DNA from: Gammaproteobacteria bacterium RIFCSPHIGHO2_12_FULL_35_23
GTDB lineage: Bacteria; Pseudomonadota; Gammaproteobacteria; UBA12402
Length of the DNA stretch: 64,000 nucleotides
Direction: 5' to 3'
Assembly: GCA_001801465.1 (NCBI GenBank)
Contig: MGXT01000020.1
Span: forward strand, 134,228 to 198,227
Within the stretch, counting starts at the first letter, position 1. Every line of letters begins with the position of its first letter. Under the pieces are notes generated by a model. The model ran no database searches and was not told the origin of the DNA. It saw only the letters and a program-made list of their open reading frames with translations. The position numbers were made by a program, and so were the translations under genes. This document shows positions 33,001 through 40,439 of this stretch, one piece after another.

Positions 33001-35355
33001 TCCATTACTAGCACAGTTTTGGTGAGTGAAATTGAAAGTGTGGTTCAATTAATAGAACGTGAAACAGCTGATCCGAGTAGTTGTTATGAAGAGCTAAAAG
33101 AAATTATTGTTAAAGATCCGGGAATGCTTCAAGCCTATGAGCTTGAAACGAAGCTTTGTGAAATACTTTATAATTCACTGAGAGCGGCTTCTGTCAATAA
33201 CCCCCTCAATTGGTTGACTGATGAACTTCTCGATTTACAAACAAAAACCACGGGATTTATTAGAGTATTTATTAATCACTGGTTAGAGAAAGATTTACTT
33301 GCTGTTGTTGATGACAAAGCTCAAGAAAGCTATGAATTAATTAGTTTATCTTCAGATTCAGGATTTTTCTATACCTTGAGCTTAACTGCGGCTGAAATTA
33401 GCGATGTCGAAGTGGATGAAGATACTCAGGAACCAGTAAGTACCCCTGAATATTTGCATTCTCTTACTCACGGTTATAAACATGCAGCTATCAAATATAG
33501 CCAATTAGAAGAAGCTGTTACCCAGGCTAGAGAAGCTTCAAGACAAGAAGAGGAGAGAATTGCAGCTGCAGAAGCATCTGGTTCAATGACTGACAGACAA
33601 GCAATGCGAGCAAGAGGTAGAATGCGAATTGATGAAAGTGAGGCTGTGGCTAGAAAAATAAAAAGACGTTTAGATAATTCTACCAATCGAGTTGTTGCTG
33701 GCGTAGATGAATATTGGACAAGAAGTGAAGGTGTTAATTGGTTTTGGGATCGTGAAGCAGGTGATAGTGTTTTTGCAGAGGATTTTTTTGCTGAAGGTAG
33801 AGCAGGTAGTGCTATTACTGCAGCAATGTTAAGAACCAGTGAGGCGGAGGTGTTAAGAAGAAGAGCGCATTTTCATGAGGAACTTGCTAAACGGACTACT
33901 GACGAAGGTCAAAGAGTTATTCTAAGAGCCGGACAAGATAATTTATTAGAGTATGGACATCGCAACAGTTATGTAGGAGCAGTAATGGGCGCTTTAGATG
34001 TTCATGATGTTGAGCATCCAGTTTTTTATTATGTTAATTCAGCGGCTGTTTCCCACGTCTTAAAAATAGGGGGAGAGTTTTATGACCAAGTTGTTGCACG
34101 AGGAATTGAATACAAAAAAGTTAATCCTAGAACAGGGGAGATGGAGACTTTTGGGATAATCAATATTAAATCCTCGGTTTTACTTTCTCGAGGCAAGGTG
34201 AGTTGTCAGGCTTTTCATGCCGAGTCTAATAATATGCAAACCTATTTTAATATGCTAAAAGCAAGCAATTTACTTAATAAAGAAGCTCTACTAGTACATT
34301 TTGAACAAGTAGTAAGGGAGTACAAAAAAGTAAGTAGAGAAGAAGCTGAAATTGAAGCTGTTGATAATGTCTTACTAGTTTTACAGGATGAAAATGAAAT
34401 CTCCTTAAATAATATTCATTCGCCTGCAGCATTTGCTATGTATAAGGAAGCAGTTTCAATACAGCGAGTTGTTAAATTAATAAATTTGTTGGCTAGTTTT
34501 GGGGAAGAGTATGTAGAGATATTTAGAGTAGAAGGATTTGAAGGTTTGTTTAGAAAGCTTCAAACGGAAAATAAACTACTTACTTTTGAAGCAATGGATC
34601 TATTACTATTAGTTGGGTCACCTGCAATTCCTATGCAAATTTTTCTTAACACCTTGAGTAAACGGGTAGTGTTAGAACAAGGACCTATTCTTGCTTATCT
34701 TGATGGTGTAATAGAAGGTTTTAAAAGAAGTTGTAATAATAGGCAAGAAAGAGAGTTAGCAGATAGCCTAATGGCAGCCTTACAAGGTAATACAGAATTA
34801 ATTTGCCCTTTTAGTTCAGAGGTGGGCATTTTGTTATATCAGCAAATTCTTTTGTTTCAACAGGCCATGTATTTTATAGTCTTACTACAATCATTGCAGG
34901 CAAGTTATTTAGAAAGATTTATAGCAGAAGGATTTGAAGGTTTGTTTGCACAGTTTAAGGCTGATAATGTTGTGTTGACAGACGATATGGTAAATCTACT
35001 TAGGATTGTTGGCGCCTCTAGTTTACCGGTTGAATTAATAGAAACAGAGACAGAAGGTTTGTCCACGATGTCTCGGCCCTCTAGTAGGCAATCAAGAGTC
35101 AGTCATTTAACAATTAATGCGTTGGTTTCACCGCAAGCCATGCCTTTAATGACGGGCGCCGTATCTGCTGAACCATCTTTATTAAGTGCTAGGCGCCAGC
35201 CAGTTTCAGCTGTTGGGCAAGGATTTTTTGGATCTCCTGCACATTCAGCTATGCCATCTCCATCAGTTAACAGAGGTATTGCTATTGATGTAACCGTCGC
35301 TGCAGCAGAAGGGCCTATTGCAGAAGGTAGTGCTTCACCTTTGTCTTCAGCTTAA
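30025..35355 (+). CDS. giant (1776-aa) hypothetical protein, candidate secreted effector; helical repeats, compositionally distinct central domain, internal duplication, Ser/Ala/Pro-rich C-terminal tail
   Basis: Uninterrupted 5.3-kb ORF; ATG 30025 preceded by AGGGTGG SD (track start 30016 is GTG); no recognisable catalytic motif. Confidence 0.7.
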   Translation: MLAFNNPSLMQFLPLVSRFNLVTDQPIDFLKLTLPDLERLLCFNQEIARQSAIESQVAKERLIITIGAAAESEKATILANPRFFRQFYEKFIRRCPLSVEVLQDFIADIKCLECLLGSSELVAELVQKPKFKQAVNDLIARLSEENNLSELIKVLQALEDLNKNLEEESRVFLIFENDLINRYQQLLVQLNNLYGHDPRLLAKKIGLLPLTDDLIFNLVVNFIKARPLFEMMIVAKILDVSLLDSAKKTVLQQLQVGYEADNDYFNEPEEKRQLDLIEEFTSVLLRDINYYVLKLIQAINSSYQREVVKLDLEGELIWLAEQTPATFTIWKNKVIALKQRCEGLSSRVTILEQGIAQLKQLLLQLPPVSPYSRGEVMTVHLQEVQNLISRFEDSVKAFYLKDKHPVCLHLQRNLALVKADAYIALISDAKVASRAKKKAISQVLSAVKKHCMAVNDSCLKEMIDYLLLDPSTVQAPKDRELYIQILEVAPASEVERIVKYINNSAHHITLTSAQIVKIIKVLLKSESFSSDLAVCCDNYFFDIIKGSHPVNVNILIELVKVDVKGRYLEKIFDFIRDNFYRLNLSAKETQNLILALAQLRESSPSAIQNKIDKLANRICASVWGRGFRVLRNKLREINYLEFVLSDFSVFKMFASQNGWQQSKGNRREIIASLNKILADYSKHRTLHDYQLLVQFIKFSKSEEVTLIAELQALSAAEEKIFFAEMKRKLFSLLDNQQLSLQSLQQVSSLLEEYEALTNSDLNDDFSAMIACYESEYKDPRELLCTNYLGYLHRLWTIGNFKLKATINECLLKIRGLALASTEEEKEALVLQLLSLKTSNPSFYYQIIIMNPLFNFISARNNNLLLASLNNRTNPEINNHPELLERINRHTFLQEKIARSARVSQELETNVHCRSYLEEASAWRGEVDKLYDLVLKTKEMIRLYGGRKVKDWVFEVQFRARISPRTYNDFLMLHMLVNEYRGELGILDANLCESITSTVLVSEIESVVQLIERETADPSSCYEELKEIIVKDPGMLQAYELETKLCEILYNSLRAASVNNPLNWLTDELLDLQTKTTGFIRVFINHWLEKDLLAVVDDKAQESYELISLSSDSGFFYTLSLTAAEISDVEVDEDTQEPVSTPEYLHSLTHGYKHAAIKYSQLEEAVTQAREASRQEEERIAAAEASGSMTDRQAMRARGRMRIDESEAVARKIKRRLDNSTNRVVAGVDEYWTRSEGVNWFWDREAGDSVFAEDFFAEGRAGSAITAAMLRTSEAEVLRRRAHFHEELAKRTTDEGQRVILRAGQDNLLEYGHRNSYVGAVMGALDVHDVEHPVFYYVNSAAVSHVLKIGGEFYDQVVARGIEYKKVNPRTGEMETFGIINIKSSVLLSRGKVSCQAFHAESNNMQTYFNMLKASNLLNKEALLVHFEQVVREYKKVSREEAEIEAVDNVLLVLQDENEISLNNIHSPAAFAMYKEAVSIQRVVKLINLLASFGEEYVEIFRVEGFEGLFRKLQTENKLLTFEAMDLLLLVGSPAIPMQIFLNTLSKRVVLEQGPILAYLDGVIEGFKRSCNNRQERELADSLMAALQGNTELICPFSSEVGILLYQQILLFQQAMYFIVLLQSLQASYLERFIAEGFEGLFAQFKADNVVLTDDMVNLLRIVGASSLPVELIETETEGLSTMSRPSSRQSRVSHLTINALVSPQAMPLMTGAVSAEPSLLSARRQPVSAVGQGFFGSPAHSAMPSPSVNRGIAIDVTVAAAEGPIAEGSASPLSSA

Positions 35356-35370
35356 ATAATAAATAGACAA

Positions 35371-36663
35371 CTATATAGAGATTTTAATACAGCCATTAAA
35401 AAATGCACTGTTTTGTGCTAAAGCGAGATCTTTATATTTTTTAAAATATTTTTGTAGAGAAGCATCATGCAGTATGGCGTTAATAGGTTCAATTTTATGA
35501 TTGCCTAGACTATGGGGATGAAAGTAAGTAAAAGAAGGTTGGGGAAGGAAATCTATATTTTTTTGTTGGATAAGTTCTATGATATTGCTAATTATACGAA
35601 TTTCATCCATCAATCTGGAAACAGATTTAGTAGGTAAAAAAGATTCAAAATAATTTGGATAGTTTAAAGAATAGTAAACTGGAATATCTTTAGTGATATG
35701 ACAAGGATGCATTAATAAAGGTGCATAATCCTTTAATCGATAGATGTTTGTATAAGCATCTTGAATTAATTTAATAGGAGCTATTTCATTATTGTTATCT
35801 ATTGCAAAAATCATACCAGGAAAAACACTTTCTGCAATCATATACAGTTGTTTTAAATGACTGCTTAATTTAGGCTGTAAATAAATATTTTGATTACTAA
35901 TAGTGTTTAAAACCTTTTCCCAAACCATATTTAATTCAAATTGTCTACGACAGTTATAAGATTGATGCCAAGCTAGTTTAAGAAAATAATTTTGTAGATT
36001 AATGAAGGCTGGGTTGTTTCTTTTAATTAACCATTGTTCTGTAAGATAAAGAATGGAGCAATGCCATTTATTATTAGTTTCAATATTAGCAGCGATTGTA
36101 GCAAACAAATCACGATGTTGTCTGGAATGTGCTGGAGGTGGTAAAGCAATGTGTAAAGCTTTTTTTAGCCGATTATGAGCAATGCTATCAGAAATTTTTG
36201 GTAGCATGAAGATAGAGCGAGCTCCAGAGGAAATATTAGCTAATTGGGTAGAATCTTTAGCGATAGGTTGATCGAAAAGCTCCCAGGCGCCTAATATAGC
36301 ACCTTGATACCAGAGTTTATCAGATACGACACGCTGCGGAGTCTCATAATAAACTTCAACTGATTTATTAAGCACTATGCCAACTGGAATTTTTGCATAG
36401 TTAAGGAATTGCTTTGATAACTTTGCAAAATGAGTATGGTTTGAAGGTAGAATCTCTTGTTGGTCAGGAAGATAAAGCTGCCCCATCTTCACAATGTCTT
36501 TGCCAAAGGGATAATGAGCAACTATTAGGCTATCAGAAGTGCCTGGGTCAAGCTCTTCCAGTAATTTTGCGAATTCAGAGTTTACGGCATAAACTTGAAA
36601 TTTTATTTTATTCCATGAGGTGAACTCTAAGGATTCATTCATGATATTAGTAGTATTTATCAT
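35371..36663 (-). CDS. hypothetical protein (paralog of adjacent 36686-37708 gene)
   Basis: 430-aa ORF; shares motifs with neighbour (LGAWELFDQPIAKDS vs LFGALATKDS; ALHIALPP vs ILIGLPP; YPFGKD vs MPYGFE). Confidence 0.55.
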   Translation of the reverse strand: MINTTNIMNESLEFTSWNKIKFQVYAVNSEFAKLLEELDPGTSDSLIVAHYPFGKDIVKMGQLYLPDQQEILPSNHTHFAKLSKQFLNYAKIPVGIVLNKSVEVYYETPQRVVSDKLWYQGAILGAWELFDQPIAKDSTQLANISSGARSIFMLPKISDSIAHNRLKKALHIALPPPAHSRQHRDLFATIAANIETNNKWHCSILYLTEQWLIKRNNPAFINLQNYFLKLAWHQSYNCRRQFELNMVWEKVLNTISNQNIYLQPKLSSHLKQLYMIAESVFPGMIFAIDNNNEIAPIKLIQDAYTNIYRLKDYAPLLMHPCHITKDIPVYYSLNYPNYFESFLPTKSVSRLMDEIRIISNIIELIQQKNIDFLPQPSFTYFHPHSLGNHKIEPINAILHDASLQKYFKKYKDLALAQNSAFFNGCIKISI

Positions 36664-36685
36664 TTTTCTAAGTATTGTTTAACCA

Positions 36686-37708
36686 CTAAAGACGTTTGGG
36701 ATAAATATTACCACTACGCTGGGATAGAGACAAGGTGGCTTGTTGGGGAAAATCTAAATAAGTTTCTTTTACTAACCTTTTGATTTTTGCGGCATATTGT
36801 CTGTTTAGGGTAGTTGAAATTTTAATATCACCATTGTAATAAGGATCTGAATAGATAGTACAAAGGGGGTTTCTAGATAAAAAAGTATTAAACAAGATAG
36901 CTCGAGGCCAAACAAGTTCCTCTAAAATCTGTCTTTCAGTTGTTGTAACTGGCATAAAAACAGGGGAAGGCATTTGAATTGTTTCAGAAAGATTTTCTAC
37001 TCTTAATTGCTCAAATAAATCAATTAACAGTTTTGTCTGATGTTGGTTTAAAGGTGGTAAACCAATTAATATAGTATTTGCTAAAGCATTACATATAATG
37101 AATATTTGAAATAATCGGTTTCTTTTAGTTTTGTTTAATTCAAAATCTTTAATTTCGGGCAGAGCAGAATCTTTTGTTGCCAGCGCTCCAAAAAGAGCAG
37201 TGATATAATTAGCATAATGATCTAATAAAGTATATCGAGGTTTTAAAGGAATTAATTGAATTAGCATAGTATTTATTTTAAATAATGAATCTGTAGCAGT
37301 TAAACGTGAATAGTTTCCATCTTTATAAGTTCCAATAAATTTTAAACGAGAATAAAAGATAGGATATTTAACTCTTAATAGATTTAAAACGATTCCTTTA
37401 AAGATCACTGTAAAGGATTCTATTTCTGCTAAGGTGTATTTTGTTGCATTATAACCAATAGCAGGATAATGTCGTTTTGGCCATAAAGGAATGGACGTCA
37501 ATACTTCAAAACCGTAAGGCATGATAATTTGAGTTTTGACCCCAGTTATTCTGGATGTTTCTTTATTGGCCTGTTCAACAATTTTTCTTGCTAAGACAAA
37601 ATCAAAGGCGATAAGAGAGTCGGGGGTGGTAGCAAGATTCAAAGATCTTGAAAAAAAGCACCAGTAGTTTCTACTTAAACTGATTGAAGGTAGTTTTCGG
37701 TATATCAT
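36686..37708 (-). CDS. hypothetical protein (paralog of adjacent 35371-36663 gene)
   Basis: 340-aa ORF 22 bp upstream of paralog on same strand, likely co-transcribed. Confidence 0.55.
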   Translation of the reverse strand: MIYRKLPSISLSRNYWCFFSRSLNLATTPDSLIAFDFVLARKIVEQANKETSRITGVKTQIIMPYGFEVLTSIPLWPKRHYPAIGYNATKYTLAEIESFTVIFKGIVLNLLRVKYPIFYSRLKFIGTYKDGNYSRLTATDSLFKINTMLIQLIPLKPRYTLLDHYANYITALFGALATKDSALPEIKDFELNKTKRNRLFQIFIICNALANTILIGLPPLNQHQTKLLIDLFEQLRVENLSETIQMPSPVFMPVTTTERQILEELVWPRAILFNTFLSRNPLCTIYSDPYYNGDIKISTTLNRQYAAKIKRLVKETYLDFPQQATLSLSQRSGNIYPKRL

Positions 37709-37983
37709 GTTTAGAAAAAAGACGGATGAAATTTGTACTTATTGTTTACAGGATTGTTATGAAAGATTATCTGTCTATAAGTTCCTTATAATGAAATAAT
37801 TAATTTTTAATAAATTATCAATAAGGGAGTAATAAGTATTCTTTTATAGAAAACAGACCCTTATTTCAAACAAATCTGTAAAAGATTTTATCAAAACACT
37901 ATTATATCAAAATTAATAACTAATACAATATTTACATGTAAAAGATACATGTTAATATTTACCAAATAAAGATAATTAAAAGG

Positions 37984-38214
37984 GTGCCGACAGTGAAAAT
38001 TACCGCCGACGATTCGAGTAGTGTTCAAGACCAATTTATTGAAAATTTAATTAAAGCCAATGAAACAGTCTCTCTTTTTTTAAAATCAGGCGTACAATTA
38101 AAAGGAGTAATCGTTGGGTATGATCCGCTTACTATCACTTTAAGTTATAATAATAATCTACAGTTAGTCTATAAACATGCTATAGCAACTATCTGTCCTC
38201 ATATTAAAGACTAA
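37984..38214 (+). CDS. hfq: RNA chaperone Hfq (no C-terminal extension), in non-canonical genomic context
   Basis: Sm1 motif VSLFLKSGVQLKGVIVGYDPLTI and Sm2 motif YKHAIATI; QDQFIENLIKANETV N-terminus parallels E. coli QDPFLNALRRERVPV; alternative GTG start at 37993. Confidence 0.8.
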   Translation: MPTVKITADDSSSVQDQFIENLIKANETVSLFLKSGVQLKGVIVGYDPLTITLSYNNNLQLVYKHAIATICPHIKD

Positions 38215-38443
38215 CTTTTGATAAATAAAGCTAGTAAAAATTTTATAAATGGTCTACACTAATCGGCCAATTTACATGATCTGTCTCTTTTTTGGTATAT
38301 AGATTTTGTAAATAAGTACAGGTATTAAACTCATGAACATTACAACTCTGATAGCAAAGTGAATTTATATATTCATTTATCTTAACCTATTGCTATTTAG
38401 CTTAGCTGAAATAAATTATTAATGATCCAAGAGAGTTGTAACC

Positions 38444-39835
38444 ATGGCCGCACTAGACTTTAAATTTATAAAAACAGAAATTAAGAAGAATCTGGCAGTC
38501 AGTATGCCGCTGATAGCCGCACAATTAATTTATGCTTTTAGCGGTTTTCTTGGCACAGCAATGATTGCTCATTTAGGTAAGAATGAATTAGCTGCTAGCG
38601 TCTTGGTTAACATGCTTTGGGCAACCTTATCAACTATCTTTTTTGGTATTATCAATGCGGTCAGTATCTTAGTTTCTCATCAATATGGTGCTAAAAATGA
38701 TAAAGCTATTTGTGAGATTATGGGGCAAGCTTATTTATTAGGAATTGTATTAACACTATTAATCTTATTGGCATTATTTTCTATGCCCCTCTTTTTACGT
38801 TTAAGTCACCAATCACCAGAAGTATTAACATTAGCTTCTTTTTATATGAAATCGCTTATGTTTACAGTACCTGGATTAGTTATGGTGGTTATAACTGAAC
38901 AATTCTTGGTTGGAGTGGGTAGATCAAAACTAGTTTTACAAGTTAGTTTTATGGTTGTTCCTTTAGAGATTATTATGTTGTATCTCTTAATTTTTGGAAA
39001 ACTCGGCCTGCCAGTCTTTGGTATTGCGGGAATTGGTTATGGATTTGCAATATCTTATACTCTTACGGCAATAGGATTAATGATTTATTTATTTCGTGCC
39101 AACTATTATAAAAAATATAAAATATTTTCAGCTATTAATCGAATTAACTGGCTGTATATAAAAGAATTGATCAGAGTAGGTTTACCTATGGGATTTATGC
39201 AAGTAGTTGAAGTGGGTACTTTTGCAATGATTACTTTTTGGGTGGCACAATTTGGTACAATAATTTTAGCTGCTCATCAAATTACCTTGCAGTTTTTAGC
39301 ACTAGCAATCACTATGGTCTTTGCTATGTCACAAGCGGTGACGGTTCGAGTTGGGCATGCAGTAGGGCAGTTAGATAAAAATAATGTAGTTAATTCAATT
39401 ATTACCGGGTTATTGATTAATTTCTTTTTTGCATGTTTTATTGCCATTATATTTTGTTTGCTTCCTAAATTATTATTAAGTTTAGATTTAAATACCGCAG
39501 CTGCGGATAACCAGCTATTAGTCACTGAAGCAATTCAATTATTTAAAGTTGCTAGCGTGCTTTTATTATTTGATAATTTTAGGATTATAGGATTTGGTGC
39601 TTTAAGAGGACTCAAAGATACAAAATTTCCACTTTATTCTTCTTTAGCTGGATTTTGCTTTATTGGTTTAAGTACTGCTTATTACTTTGCTTTTATACTT
39701 AAATTGAGTGGTGTAAGCATTTGGTGGGGGATAACCTTGGGTATTGCTAGTAGTGCTATTATGATTATGTTTAGATTACGTTATTTATTACGTAAAATTG
39801 ATTTAGTAAAAATTCTCGAATTATCAAAAAAATAG
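38444..39835 (+). CDS. MATE family multidrug efflux transporter (NorM-like)
   Basis: 463 aa, 12 TM helices, two MatE repeats. Confidence 0.8.
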   Translation: MAALDFKFIKTEIKKNLAVSMPLIAAQLIYAFSGFLGTAMIAHLGKNELAASVLVNMLWATLSTIFFGIINAVSILVSHQYGAKNDKAICEIMGQAYLLGIVLTLLILLALFSMPLFLRLSHQSPEVLTLASFYMKSLMFTVPGLVMVVITEQFLVGVGRSKLVLQVSFMVVPLEIIMLYLLIFGKLGLPVFGIAGIGYGFAISYTLTAIGLMIYLFRANYYKKYKIFSAINRINWLYIKELIRVGLPMGFMQVVEVGTFAMITFWVAQFGTIILAAHQITLQFLALAITMVFAMSQAVTVRVGHAVGQLDKNNVVNSIITGLLINFFFACFIAIIFCLLPKLLLSLDLNTAAADNQLLVTEAIQLFKVASVLLLFDNFRIIGFGALRGLKDTKFPLYSSLAGFCFIGLSTAYYFAFILKLSGVSIWWGITLGIASSAIMIMFRLRYLLRKIDLVKILELSKK

Positions 39836-39912
39836 ATGCTAGATTTAAATTTCTTGGCAGTTGTTAAAAAATTAGCGATAATTAGTGAAAATTATTTCAG
39901 AGAGTAATTTCT

Positions 39913-40395
39913 ATGCTATTTGTTATGTTATCCAAGTATCATTATTGGGCCTATCAACAGCTTTATAGTGTGATAGAGCAGGTTGATGATGAAAATTATC
40001 ATAAAGAGAATGGTTTGTTTTTTAATAGCATACATGGAACACTGAATCATTTATTGTTAGTAGATCGTTTGTGGTACTCAAGATTTAATCATCAGCCTTG
40101 TAAAATAACAGACCTTGGATTAATTATCATTAAAGATCGCAATGAATTAAAGCAAGCCATTTTTGCCCAAGTTGATCTTTGGATTGAGTTTACAAAAAAA
40201 GCCGCAAATGGAATAGCGCCAGCAACTCTCACCTACCATGATACCAAAGGAATTTTTAAAGTGGCGGATTATCAACAAACTTTATGCCATGCGTTTAATC
40301 ATGGTACCCATCATCGTGGCCAAATATCTGTAGCATTAACCCAGTTAGGTAAACTAGCGCCTGAAATGGATTTGATTTATTTTAAAAACACTTAA
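39913..40395 (+). CDS. DinB/YfiT-like four-helix-bundle metal-binding protein
   Basis: HGTLNHLLLVD and C-terminal FNHGTHHRGQ histidine motifs typical of DinB_2 superfamily. Confidence 0.6.
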   Translation: MLFVMLSKYHYWAYQQLYSVIEQVDDENYHKENGLFFNSIHGTLNHLLLVDRLWYSRFNHQPCKITDLGLIIIKDRNELKQAIFAQVDLWIEFTKKAANGIAPATLTYHDTKGIFKVADYQQTLCHAFNHGTHHRGQISVALTQLGKLAPEMDLIYFKNT

Positions 40396-40439
40396 AATAT
40401 TAATAATTCACTAAACAATTTAATTGCATAGCTAAATAA

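Noticed and set aside
32930-33060. Possible mono-ADP-ribosyltransferase R-S-ExE triad (EYRGE ... ITSTV ... SEIES) in the giant ORF
   Set aside because: The three elements lie within about 35 residues of one another (about 19 and 7 apart), whereas genuine mART folds separate them by ~40-80 residues each; likely chance
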